From contig CAMVBK010000003.1 in NCBI GenBank assembly GCA_947165685.1, positions 39,299-103,298 on the forward strand: a DNA stretch of 64,000 bases, given 5' to 3'. The notes below the pieces were generated by a model that searched no databases, had not been told where the DNA came from, and saw only the letters and a list, made by a program, of their open reading frames with translations. This DNA comes from an uncultured Bacteroidales bacterium. GTDB taxonomy: Bacteria > Bacteroidota > Bacteroidia > Bacteroidales > WCHB1-69. This document shows positions 6,959 to 16,566 of this stretch, piece after piece (the stretch's first letter is position 1; each line of letters opens with the position of its first letter). Position numbers and translations under genes: made by a program.

Positions 6959-8986
6959 ATGCAAAGAATGAACCACCTCTACTATATGGCGTTCGTGCTT
7001 CTCATGGCATTCGCCTGTGCGGGTTTCGCGCAGGACGATGATCCGTGTGTGCAGACCATGGACAAGGTCACCGAAAAGACGTTCAAGAAGGCCCGCGACT
7101 TCCATAAGTCGGGGAAGAGGGACGAGGCATATGAACTCTACGAGGAGATTCTCGACGAGCATCCGGAGTATTTGGAGGTGAACTACTACTATGCGCTGGG
7201 CTATTACCTTCCGCTCGAAAACAACGATTTCGTCTCCAAGCGGAAGGACCGTTCGGACGTGACCAAGGCCATGGCCGCCTTCAACCGGATATACGAGACA
7301 TGTCCCCATTACAAACCGAATTGCCTTTTTTATGCGGCCAAATTGGCCTACTACAACGAAATGTACGGCGAGGCGGAGAAGTTCGCCAAGGCGGTCCTCG
7401 ACAACCAGGACCTTTTCACGGGCGACAAGGGTGAGGAGAAAATCCGGAAGGCGGCGACCATCCTCAAAAAAGCGCGTTTCTACGGCGGCATCCTCAACAG
7501 CCCGGTCCCGTTCGACCCGCACCCGGTGCCGAACATCTCAACCTCAGCCGACGAATACCTCGGCACACTCTCGCCCGACGGACAGCTCTTCTACTTCACC
7601 CGTCGAAAGTATGTGGCCGACAATTCCCCTTTCGGACAGGGCGGGAAGGTGCAGCGGGAGTTCTTCAGCTGCAGCGAGAAGAAAAACGGGCAGTTCGGCG
7701 AGGGCGACGCGCTTCCCGAACCGTTCAACAAGGCGGAAGGGGAGGGTAGCCCCACGGTCAACCTCACCAACGACCTGCTGGTCTTCACGCAGCGTCACAT
7801 GGTGAAGCTGCAAGGGGGTAGTTATCCGAATTATGATCTCTATTACGCTGAGTATGATGGCTTTGACTGGTCCGCGCCGAAACCATTGCCAGGCAAAATT
7901 AACCGCAACGACTCGTGGGAGTCGCAGCCTTCGCTCAGCTCCGACGGCAAAGTGCTCTTCTTCGCCAGCGACCGGCCGGGCGGCTACGGCGGCTCCGACA
8001 TCTGGTATGCCACGCGCAAGAGCGACGGCTCCTGGAGCGACCCCGTCAACATGGGGCCGGTCATCAACACCGACCGTAACGAACGCTCGCCGTTCCTGCA
8101 CACCGACAGCAAGACCCTCTACTTCTCGTCCAATGGTCACGACGGCCTCGGCAGACAGGACATCTTTTACTCCAAGATGAACGCCAAACGGCAGTGGACG
8201 GAGCCGAAGAACATCGGCTATCCCATCAACACGGAAAACGACGAGGTCGATTTCTTTGTCAGTTTAGACGGCAAGACCGGCTACTTCTCCTCCAACAACT
8301 ATGGCGACCAAGACTGGAACATCTACCAGTTTGACCTCTACGAGGATGCGCGGCCGCATACGATGGTCATCGTGAAGGGCAAGGTGACGGTGGATGAGGG
8401 CGATTTGGAGAACGCCGTGGTCGAGATTCGCGACACCAACGCCAACGTGGTCTCCACGGGCATCGTGAGCGCGAACACGGGCAAGTACGCGGTGGCGGCG
8501 GAAATCAAGCACGATGATCCGCAGCCACTCATCGTGAATGTAAAAAAAGAGGGTTATTCGTTTGATACTCAAATTATTAAGCCAGAAGAAATCAAGGATG
8601 AGATTGTGGAGAAGGATGCGGAGGTGAAAGCCGTGGAAACCGGGAAAGTGTGTGACCTCCGCGACATTTACTACGAGACCAACGATTTCAGTCTGACGCA
8701 GGAGTCGAAGATGCTGCTGGCCCTTTTCATCGAGTTTCTGAAAGAGAACCCTACGGTGAAGGTGGAGATTCAGGGACATACGGACGACATCGGGCGCGAT
8801 GCCGACAACCTCTTGCTTTCGGAGCGCCGTGCCAAGTCGGTGTATGAATATGTGATCGCACAGGGAATCAGTGCCGATCGTTTGAGATACAAGGGTTACG
8901 GTGAGACGATGCCGATAGCCGACAACAGCACGGCCGAGGGCAGAGCCAAGAACCGCAGGACCGTTTTCTTGATTTATGAAAAATAG
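6959..8986 (+). CDS. OmpA-family protein with TPR and TolB-like beta-propeller repeats
   Basis: Has a signal peptide and repeated S.S.DG..LYF.S.R.GG.G..DI units. The C-terminal OmpA domain reads IQGHTDDIGRDADNLLLSERRAKSVYEY...NRRTVF. Confidence 0.85.
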   Translation: MQRMNHLYYMAFVLLMAFACAGFAQDDDPCVQTMDKVTEKTFKKARDFHKSGKRDEAYELYEEILDEHPEYLEVNYYYALGYYLPLENNDFVSKRKDRSDVTKAMAAFNRIYETCPHYKPNCLFYAAKLAYYNEMYGEAEKFAKAVLDNQDLFTGDKGEEKIRKAATILKKARFYGGILNSPVPFDPHPVPNISTSADEYLGTLSPDGQLFYFTRRKYVADNSPFGQGGKVQREFFSCSEKKNGQFGEGDALPEPFNKAEGEGSPTVNLTNDLLVFTQRHMVKLQGGSYPNYDLYYAEYDGFDWSAPKPLPGKINRNDSWESQPSLSSDGKVLFFASDRPGGYGGSDIWYATRKSDGSWSDPVNMGPVINTDRNERSPFLHTDSKTLYFSSNGHDGLGRQDIFYSKMNAKRQWTEPKNIGYPINTENDEVDFFVSLDGKTGYFSSNNYGDQDWNIYQFDLYEDARPHTMVIVKGKVTVDEGDLENAVVEIRDTNANVVSTGIVSANTGKYAVAAEIKHDDPQPLIVNVKKEGYSFDTQIIKPEEIKDEIVEKDAEVKAVETGKVCDLRDIYYETNDFSLTQESKMLLALFIEFLKENPTVKVEIQGHTDDIGRDADNLLLSERRAKSVYEYVIAQGISADRLRYKGYGETMPIADNSTAEGRAKNRRTVFLIYEK

Positions 8987-10310
8987 GAACATTTACTTTT
9001 TAGGCATCGGTGGCATCGGGATGAGCGCGTTGGCGCAATATTTCCTGCAAAACGGTGACCGTGTTTTCGGCTACGACCTCACGCCTTCCCCGGTTACCGA
9101 CATGTTGCGGCAGAAGGGGGCGGAAATCCATTTTGAAGGCGATGTTGCGAAAATTCCTGCTTCGGTGGATTTTGTGGTCTATACCCCTGCGGTGCCGAGG
9201 GATTTTGTTGAATATCAATATTTTGAAAAAGTCGGTGTGCCGATATACAAGCGCTCGCAGGTGCTGGGGCACATCACGGACGAACTGCGGACGATAGCGG
9301 TGGCGGGCACGCACGGCAAGACCACCACCACGTCGATGATTGCGCACTTGCTCTATCCGGAGCAGCCCCTTGCGGCTTTCATCGGCGGCATTTCCAAGAA
9401 TCTGGGCGACAACTATGTGTGCAGTATGCACCCTGACACCGCCGTGGTGGAGGCCGACGAGTTCGACCGCTCGTTCCTGACGCTACACCCCGAGGTTGCC
9501 GTCATCACCTCCATGGATGCCGACCATTTGGACATCTACCGTGATGTGGAGGACCTGCGCGGGGCGTTCCGGCAGTTCGCCGCCCAGACGCAGCGGGCGG
9601 TGATGGTGGAGGAGGCCGTTGCGCAGCATATCGACCATCCGGGCAAGCGGGTCTATGGGGTAGGGGAGCGTTGCGACTACCGCGCCTTCAACCTCAACTA
9701 CCGGCAGGAGGTCTCGAGATTCTCTCTGCACACTCCCAAAGGGGATATTGCAGATTTGGAGCTTCCGGCGCATGGTCTATATAATATATTGAATGCCACA
9801 GCCGCCATTGGAGCGGTGTTGGAGGCTTTCCCCGAAATTCCGGAAGCGCAGATCCGGCAGAAAATCCGCACTTTCGCCGGCGTGAAGCGCCGTTTCGACT
9901 ACATCGTCCGTTGTCCCGACTTTGTTTATATCGATGACTACGCGCACCATCCCAACGAGATGCGCTCGTTCATCACGGCAGTGCGGGAAATCTATCCGGA
10001 CAAGGAGATTTGCGGGGTGTTCCAACCGCATCTCTATACACGCACCCGTGACTTTGCGGACGAGTTTGCCGCCGCGCTTGCCCTGCTCGACCGGGTCATC
10101 CTGCTGCCCATCTATCCCGCGCGGGAGAAGCCGATAGAGGGGATAACGTCGGAATTTCTCCTCGGCAAAATAAAGAACCCCAACAAGTTGGTACTTCAAA
10201 AGGATGAGCTTTTCTCTCATCTACAGTCTCATCGTCCCGACGTGTTGCTTACCATCGGCGCGGGCGACATCGACCGGTTGGTGGGGACGTTGGCCGGCCT
10301 CGGCGACTGA
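8976..10310 (+). CDS. murC: UDP-N-acetylmuramate--L-alanine ligase
   Basis: IYFLGIGGIGMSALAQ and AVAGTHGKTTTTSM (Mur ligase P-loop). 444 aa; overlaps the upstream gene by 11 nt. Confidence 0.95.
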   Translation: MKNRNIYFLGIGGIGMSALAQYFLQNGDRVFGYDLTPSPVTDMLRQKGAEIHFEGDVAKIPASVDFVVYTPAVPRDFVEYQYFEKVGVPIYKRSQVLGHITDELRTIAVAGTHGKTTTTSMIAHLLYPEQPLAAFIGGISKNLGDNYVCSMHPDTAVVEADEFDRSFLTLHPEVAVITSMDADHLDIYRDVEDLRGAFRQFAAQTQRAVMVEEAVAQHIDHPGKRVYGVGERCDYRAFNLNYRQEVSRFSLHTPKGDIADLELPAHGLYNILNATAAIGAVLEAFPEIPEAQIRQKIRTFAGVKRRFDYIVRCPDFVYIDDYAHHPNEMRSFITAVREIYPDKEICGVFQPHLYTRTRDFADEFAAALALLDRVILLPIYPAREKPIEGITSEFLLGKIKNPNKLVLQKDELFSHLQSHRPDVLLTIGAGDIDRLVGTLAGLGD

Positions 10311-10364
10311 GGTTGTCGAAGTCGTAGCCAATGTTTTCGCAACCCGATTGCAGAAAATATTGTG

Positions 10365-10372
10365 TATCTTTG
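10365..10372 (+). promoter_or_regulatory. -7 promoter box TAtcTTTG
   Basis: Lies 21 nt upstream of ATG 10394. Confidence 0.45.
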
Positions 10373-10393
10373 CCGCCGGAAAATATCGAGATT

Positions 10394-10591
10394 ATGGCAC
10401 ATAAAAAATTGTATAGAACGAGGAATGATGCCAAAATCGCCGGTGTCTGCGGCGGTCTGGCTGAATATTTGGACATAGACGTCACCATTGTCAGGATTGT
10501 CTTCCTGCTGTTGCTGCTGACCGGTTCGCTGGGTTTTTGGATCTACTTGATAATTTGGATTGTGGCACCGTGGGACTATATGGCGAGGTGA
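10394..10591 (+). CDS. PspC domain-containing membrane protein
   Basis: KLYRTRNDAKIAGVCGGLAEYLDIDVTIVRIVF followed by a TM helix. ATG 10394 was chosen inside the longer ORF. Confidence 0.8.
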   Translation: MAHKKLYRTRNDAKIAGVCGGLAEYLDIDVTIVRIVFLLLLLTGSLGFWIYLIIWIVAPWDYMAR

Positions 10592-10595
10592 TTAT

Positions 10596-12884
10596 ATGAA
10601 AAAGGCAGTTCTCTTGTTGATGCTGTTGGTGGCAGTGGCAGGTTCGTTTGCCCAGTCGCTGACAGGTAAGGTGTTGCAAATCAGTGAGAATGGAGATACT
10701 ACGGCGGTGTCGAACGCGGCGGTGCAGTGGCTGCACACGTCCGTCGGCACGCACACGGATCCGAATGGGAAGTTCACCATCCCGCGCTCCAAGACCGACT
10801 CCTTGGTCATCTCCTTCCCGACCTTTCTTCCCGACACGGTGAGGATTCCCGTCGGACAGAACTATATCACGGTGTTCCTGAACACGGCGCACAGCCTCAA
10901 CGAGGTGAGCATCGTGGCTCGTGATGGTTCGTATATATCAGTGCAACCCATTTTGACCCAGGTGATTAGTACGGAAGGCCTGCGTCGTGCCGCCTGCTGC
11001 AACCTCGCCGAAAGTTTCGAGAGCAGTGTGGCCATCGACTCGGAGTTCCCCGACGCGGTGAGCGGCGCCCGGCAGATCTCCATGCTTGGACTCGCCGGCA
11101 CTTACAGCCAAATCCTGCTGGAAAATGTGCCCTACATCCGACTTCTCTCGCACCAGTTCGGCCTTGGTTTCATCCCCGGTTCGTGGATGGAGTCCATCAG
11201 TCTCTCGAAAGGCACCTCCTCCGTGGTGAACGGCTTCGAGGCCATCACCGGGCAAATCAACGTTGATTACAAGAAGCCCGAGACGAATCTCGAACGCTTC
11301 TTCATGAACTTCTATGCCAACTCGATGGGCAAGGGCGAACTCGCCATGAACACGCGCATCCCAGTGGGCAAGGACGAGAAGGTGAGCACCAACTTCCTCG
11401 TGTTCTTGGCCGACCAGTTCGTGAAAATGGACATGAACCACGACGGTTTCATGGATGTGCCGCGCAGTCGGCAAGTCAACGTGATGAACCGCTGGGACTA
11501 TAAGTCGCCTGTGGTGGAGGGCCGCACGATGGTCGATTTCGTTTGGGACAACCGTTTCGGTGGGCAGATGGATTTCCGGCCGAATTACGCGGTGCTGAAT
11601 GATCTGCCGTATGGCTTTGTTGCCGACAACAAGCGGGTGGATGCCATCACGAAAAACGGATTTTTGCTCAAAGGCAAGAACGAGAGCATCGGAACCATCC
11701 TCTCTTACACCGGCCACTGGCTTAATTCCCGCTATGGAAATAACAACGCATACGAGGGAAATCAACACAGTGTGTATGCCAATGTAATGTATTCCAACAA
11801 GTTCGGAGCATTAGAACGTCACAAGCTCACCGCAGGTGCCAGCTTGCAGTACGATTGTCTGAATGAGCGTTATTATGACGATATGGATTTGTACTACTAT
11901 GACGTGCCGCATCACCACGAGTTGATCCCCGGTCTTTTTGCGGAATACGCTTACATCATCGATCCCAAATTTGTGCTTACGGCAGGGATGCGACTGGATT
12001 ACAACCTTGTGCGCGACAGGCAATATTCGTATGTATGGGAACGAAACAACCAGCTGTTTTGGACACCGCGAATCCATGCCAAATGGCAGGTTACGAAGGA
12101 TTTGTCGTTGCGGGCATCGGCAGGCAAGGGCTATCGCAATGCCCATTTCTTCGCTGAGAACCAGTCGCTGATGCTCTCATCGCGCACGTTCCATTTCGAT
12201 GGTCTGTCTAAGCCTGAGGAGGCCTGGAATACTGGTGCAAGCGTGGTCTGGCAGTTTAACATGCCGGGAGGGAAAGCCTCGTTGGCCGTCGATTACTTCT
12301 ACACCCATTTCCTGCAGCAGATGATTGTGGATTTGGACCAGGATGTCCATGCGGTACACTACTATGCGCTGAACGGCGAATATAACGGATACCACAACCG
12401 CTCGCGTTCCCATTCCGCGCAGGTGGAGCTGACACTCAAGCCGTTGCAGCGTTTCGAGATTTTGTTGGCCTACCGTTACAACGATGTCCGCTACATGCGC
12501 CACGGGGTGATGCACCAGAAGGACATGATGAGTCCGCACAAGGCACTCGTCAACCTCAACTACAGCACGCCCTACGACAAGTGGAAGTTCAATTTGAATT
12601 GCCAGGTTTATGGTCCGATGCCGCTGCCTAACACGCAGGGCAACCCCGAGCAGTACCGTCGGCCCGACACCTCGAAACCCTACGTGCTGCTCAATGCGCA
12701 AATCACCAAGAAGTTCCGCAGATGGGAGATTTACGTCGGTGGCGAGAACCTTTTGAATGTCAAGCAGAAAGACCCGATTGTTCAGGCGGAGAATCCTTTC
12801 GGGGAATACTTCGATGCCACGATGGTCTATATGCCGGTTACGGGCATTATGGGATATTTGGGTGTTCGGGTGATACTGAAGTAG
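10596..12884 (+). CDS. TonB-dependent receptor with carboxypeptidase-regulatory-like N-domain
   Basis: Signal peptide MKKAVLLLMLLVAVAGSFAQ. The plug-like region is NLAESFESS..SGARQISMLGL, followed by a long beta-barrel ending in an aromatic-rich C-terminus. Confidence 0.8.
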   Translation: MKKAVLLLMLLVAVAGSFAQSLTGKVLQISENGDTTAVSNAAVQWLHTSVGTHTDPNGKFTIPRSKTDSLVISFPTFLPDTVRIPVGQNYITVFLNTAHSLNEVSIVARDGSYISVQPILTQVISTEGLRRAACCNLAESFESSVAIDSEFPDAVSGARQISMLGLAGTYSQILLENVPYIRLLSHQFGLGFIPGSWMESISLSKGTSSVVNGFEAITGQINVDYKKPETNLERFFMNFYANSMGKGELAMNTRIPVGKDEKVSTNFLVFLADQFVKMDMNHDGFMDVPRSRQVNVMNRWDYKSPVVEGRTMVDFVWDNRFGGQMDFRPNYAVLNDLPYGFVADNKRVDAITKNGFLLKGKNESIGTILSYTGHWLNSRYGNNNAYEGNQHSVYANVMYSNKFGALERHKLTAGASLQYDCLNERYYDDMDLYYYDVPHHHELIPGLFAEYAYIIDPKFVLTAGMRLDYNLVRDRQYSYVWERNNQLFWTPRIHAKWQVTKDLSLRASAGKGYRNAHFFAENQSLMLSSRTFHFDGLSKPEEAWNTGASVVWQFNMPGGKASLAVDYFYTHFLQQMIVDLDQDVHAVHYYALNGEYNGYHNRSRSHSAQVELTLKPLQRFEILLAYRYNDVRYMRHGVMHQKDMMSPHKALVNLNYSTPYDKWKFNLNCQVYGPMPLPNTQGNPEQYRRPDTSKPYVLLNAQITKKFRRWEIYVGGENLLNVKQKDPIVQAENPFGEYFDATMVYMPVTGIMGYLGVRVILK

Positions 12885-12911
12885 CGGGTTCAGGGTGTCA
12901 ACTGCGCAGCG

Positions 12912-14192
12912 CTATTTGCTTGTCATGATGTCGAGTACCAGATTGTCGGTAGCGGCCATGCCCAGAAGGCCGATGTCCGCCATATTGCGTACGCACTGGT
13001 CCACATCATCGTCGATGATGCCTTCCGCCGATGTAACCACTTCGTCTTCAATAGCCAGCATTGAGGAAAGGACGGCCGTGGAGACGCCAGTGGCCACTTT
13101 CAGCGAACAGCTTGGTTTCGCGCCGTCGCAGATCATGCCCGTGATGTTGGCAATCATGTTTTTCACTGCATAGACGATTTGCTCGTAGGAGCCGCCCATT
13201 AGCCAAGTGAGGCCGCAAGCGGAACCGGTGGCGGCGACTACGCATCCGCATAAGGGCGACAGTCGTCCGAAGCTCTGCTTGATGTAGATAACAGTCAAAT
13301 GACTGAGCATCAATGCTCTGGCAAGTTCCTCCTCCGTTTTCAGACGCTCCTTGGCGAACACCCAGACGGGCAGCGTGGCCGCGATGCCCTGGTTGCCGCT
13401 GCCGGAGTTGCTCATCACGGGCACCTTCACACCGGCCATACGCGCGTCGCAGGCTGCCGATGTGTAGGAGAGGATCTTGGAATAGATGCCGTTGCCGAAA
13501 AACTGGCATTTGGGTTCCATGAAAATGGTGCGGCCGAGTCCGTGTCCATAATGGTTGCTCAGCGACATTTCCGCCGCGCGTTTGTTCAGTTCCGCCGTCT
13601 CCAGGATGAAGTGGATGTCATTTTCCGGCGCAGTGGTGGCGAAATCGTAAACCATGCGCATGGTGAGCGTCAAATCGTCCGAAAAAGACGAATCTGACGT
13701 TTGGCTTTCGTCTTGCAAAAGGGGTGTCCCGTTTTTGGAGATGCGGCTGAAGTGGGTGTGTGCCCCGCTGATCACCACCGAGACGCTGTCGTCGCCGTTG
13801 TGGCACTCCACCTCGATGTAAAGTTTCTCAGCCGTGTCTTTCTTCCGAAGGATGTGGATGCGCCCTTGCGCAATGTACTCCTTGCCTTGTTCCACACTCT
13901 CAGGGGTGAGGTCTTTCAGTACCTCTAAGCTGTATTCCGACTTCCCGACCAGCGCGCCGAGGGCGATGGCGATGGGCAGGCCAATCATGCCCGTGCCCGG
14001 GATTCCTACCCCCATGGCGTTTTTCAACATATTGGTGCTCAGCCATACCGTAATCTGTTTGGGTATGCAGCCAAGTACCTCCTTGGCTTTGGCGACCGCC
14101 AGGGCCACCGCCATGGGCTCGGTGCACCCGATAGCTGGCACCACTTCCCGTTTCACTAATGCGATTATACGCTCTCGTTCCTCTTTTGTCAT
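12912..14192 (-). CDS. UPF0597/L-cysteine desulfidase (serine dehydratase alpha-like) family protein
   Basis: VPAIGCTEPMAVALAVAKA at the N-terminus and a GSGNQG motif. 426 aa. Confidence 0.75.
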   Translation of the reverse strand: MTKEERERIIALVKREVVPAIGCTEPMAVALAVAKAKEVLGCIPKQITVWLSTNMLKNAMGVGIPGTGMIGLPIAIALGALVGKSEYSLEVLKDLTPESVEQGKEYIAQGRIHILRKKDTAEKLYIEVECHNGDDSVSVVISGAHTHFSRISKNGTPLLQDESQTSDSSFSDDLTLTMRMVYDFATTAPENDIHFILETAELNKRAAEMSLSNHYGHGLGRTIFMEPKCQFFGNGIYSKILSYTSAACDARMAGVKVPVMSNSGSGNQGIAATLPVWVFAKERLKTEEELARALMLSHLTVIYIKQSFGRLSPLCGCVVAATGSACGLTWLMGGSYEQIVYAVKNMIANITGMICDGAKPSCSLKVATGVSTAVLSSMLAIEDEVVTSAEGIIDDDVDQCVRNMADIGLLGMAATDNLVLDIMTSK

Positions 14193-14252
14193 TGCAATGA
14201 ATATGAAGTTGCAAAAATACGAATTATATCGGCGCAGGGGCAGTTAAGAACA

Positions 14253-15071
14253 TCATTGCAACAATTCGCCCCAGTGCCGCTCTATTGGAATGCCGTTGTC
14301 GGGATTGAAGAAGTGATGGTTCGCCTCAATGACATGCGCCACGAAGTTCATCGCCTTCAGTACGCTGTCTTCCAGGGTGTTACCTTTCAAGTAATGCCCC
14401 ACCGTCACGGAAGAGAACACATCTCCGGTGCCGGAGAACTGCGATTCTACCTGACGGTACGGGAGCACCTTGATTCGTCCGACACCCTTGTCATACAGCA
14501 TCGTACAGGTCTGGCCCTCCATCAGCATACTGGAGATGATTACCGAATTATCGCCAATGCTTTGAAGTGTCATAAGCAAATCCACCGCCTCGTCATACGA
14601 CAAGTTAAAATTATCCAAATATTTGTCAGTCAAAAATTTAGCTTCTGTAACATTGGGGACTATGACATCCGCCACCTCGCAGGCCTTGCGCATGTAGTCC
14701 ACCGTTTCAGCCGACGCGCCATTATAGAGTTTCCCGTCATCGGCCATTATGGGATCGACAAATATGAACGTGCCTCGCGCCTTCAGGCGTCGGCAGTAGT
14801 CCGTCACAATCCGCGTTTGTTCCTCGGAGACCAGATAGCCCGTACAAACGGCATCCACCATAAAACCTTGTTCCTCCCAGATTTCAATGCTCTGTCGCAT
14901 GTATTCCGTTGTGTCCAACACTGCGAACTTGCCATAGCTGAAGTTGTTGGATACCAACGACGAAGGCAATCGGAAGATTTCGAACTTCAGGTGCGAAAGG
15001 ATTGGAGCCATCACGGACATGCCCAAGTTGCCGTAGCCGACAATGTCACCAATAAGTAAGATGCTGCTCAT
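14253..15071 (-). CDS. Pyridoxal/pyridoxamine kinase family protein
   Basis: ILLIGDIVGYGNLGMSVMAPILS, a VDPIMADDGKLY-type segment, and GTGDVFSS (ribokinase-like anion hole). Confidence 0.75.
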   Translation of the reverse strand: MSSILLIGDIVGYGNLGMSVMAPILSHLKFEIFRLPSSLVSNNFSYGKFAVLDTTEYMRQSIEIWEEQGFMVDAVCTGYLVSEEQTRIVTDYCRRLKARGTFIFVDPIMADDGKLYNGASAETVDYMRKACEVADVIVPNVTEAKFLTDKYLDNFNLSYDEAVDLLMTLQSIGDNSVIISSMLMEGQTCTMLYDKGVGRIKVLPYRQVESQFSGTGDVFSSVTVGHYLKGNTLEDSVLKAMNFVAHVIEANHHFFNPDNGIPIERHWGELLQ

Positions 15072-15130
15072 TAGGGGTTTAGGGGTTTAGAAGTTTAGAA
15101 GTTTAGAAGTTTAGAAGTTTAGGGGTTTAG
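15072..15130. repeat. Tandem octamer tract (gtttaggg x2, gtttagaa x4, gtttaggg) filling an entire intergenic spacer
   Basis: ttaggggtttaggggtttagaagtttagaagtttagaagtttagaagtttaggggtttag. It spans exactly from the COG0523 stop codon to the kinase start codon. Confidence 0.95.
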
Positions 15131-16419
15131 TTTTCTAAGCAGTTGTCGAGTTCGCGGGTGAGTTGGGGAATGTCCATGTTTTGTCCGATGAAGACGATTT
15201 TGACCATGCGGTCGCCGTATTCGGGGTCCCAGTCGCGCATGAACGAGGGGTCTTCTTGCATCAGTTGCACAAGATCTTCCTGCGGGGCGGTGGCGTACCA
15301 AAGACCCGCCTCGGTGAGCTTCTGCTGTACACCCGCTTGTTCGTAGAGGTACGACATGTCGCGGTATTCCTTGAAGTAGCACACGCCCTTGGCTCGGATG
15401 ATGTTCTTCGGGCGCTTTTTCGAGAGGAACTTGTTGAATTCGGCTATTTTAAACGGTTTCCGACGGTAATAGACGAACGTTGAAATCCCATACTCCTCCA
15501 CTTCTCCACCTTCGTGGTCATGGTGGTGGTGGTGATGGTGACCGTGATGACCATGGTCTTCTTCATCCTCGTCATCGTCATGGTGATGATGTTCGTCCTC
15601 GTGGTCATGGTGGTGATGCTCATGTTCGTCCTCCTCATCATGATGGTGGTGGTCGGCGCGGGCTTCGCGCTCCTCCTCCTCGGTGGTTTCGCGCTCGAGT
15701 TCGCGCACCCAGCCGGTGGAGACGGCCACATGCTCGTAGTCGAAGGCGTGGGTGTCAACGATGCGTTCCAGATCAACTTGCGCGTAGTTGGTTTCAATGA
15801 TAGTGGCACCGGGGTTAAGGTGGGTGATAATCTGGCGGAGGTGTGTGATTTCGCCACGGCTCACTTCATCCACTTTGTTGAGCAGCACGATGTTGCAGAA
15901 CTCAATCTGCTGGACGAGCAGGTTTTCAATGTCCTCCTCGCCGATATCCTCGCGCTCAAGGTCGCCGCCGCAGGCGAACTCGCTCTGCATCCGCAGGGCA
16001 TCGACCACCGTGACGATGCAGTCGAGGCGCGGGGTACCAAACTCCGTGTATTTGGGATTCATACGCGGGATGGTGGAGATGGTGCGGGCGATGGGCTCCG
16101 GTTCGCAGATGCCGCTGGCCTCGATGACAATGTAGTCGAACTGCTGCGACTTGACCAAATCAGACAGCTGATCGACCAAATCCATTTTCAGCGTGCAGCA
16201 TATACACCCGTTCTGCAGTGCCACAAGGCTGTCGTCCTTTTGGGCCACCACGCCGCCTTTCTGGATGAGCGAAGCATCAATGTTCACCTCGCCTATGTCA
16301 TTGACTATCACCGCAAACTTGATGCCCTTGCGGTTCGTCAGAATATGATTGACCAACGTTGTCTTTCCGCTTCCTAAATAGCCCGTCAGCAGTAACACCG
16401 GCACATCTTTCTTCGTCAT
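15127..16419 (-). CDS. COG0523 (CobW/ZigA/YeiR-like) GTPase metallochaperone with His-rich insert
   Basis: P-loop GYLGSGKTTL and CXCC motif GCICCT. A His/Asp/Glu tract covers about aa 245-306, followed by a CobW_C-like end. Confidence 0.9.
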   Translation of the reverse strand: MTKKDVPVLLLTGYLGSGKTTLVNHILTNRKGIKFAVIVNDIGEVNIDASLIQKGGVVAQKDDSLVALQNGCICCTLKMDLVDQLSDLVKSQQFDYIVIEASGICEPEPIARTISTIPRMNPKYTEFGTPRLDCIVTVVDALRMQSEFACGGDLEREDIGEEDIENLLVQQIEFCNIVLLNKVDEVSRGEITHLRQIITHLNPGATIIETNYAQVDLERIVDTHAFDYEHVAVSTGWVRELERETTEEEEREARADHHHHDEEDEHEHHHHDHEDEHHHHDDDEDEEDHGHHGHHHHHHHDHEGGEVEEYGISTFVYYRRKPFKIAEFNKFLSKKRPKNIIRAKGVCYFKEYRDMSYLYEQAGVQQKLTEAGLWYATAPQEDLVQLMQEDPSFMRDWDPEYGDRMVKIVFIGQNMDIPQLTRELDNCLEN

Positions 16420-16566
16420 AATCTCTATTTTTTTCGGGCGGCAAAGGTACTAAATATTGCCGTATCTTTGAGATTCATTCCTAAATATAACGCACAATGG
16501 TTTTGCAGGCCGCCATTCATGGGTCGTGACATTGTTTCGCTTTCAAATGACCTTGGAAACCTCGTT

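Noticed and set aside
15072-15130. Whether the tandem tracts (also 4516-4590, 6874-6958, 42289-42350, 59856-59890, 62940-62973) could be CRISPR arrays.
   Set aside because: Units are 7-9 bp and directly abutting, with no unique spacers. There are no cas genes. They are microsatellite-like tandem repeats.
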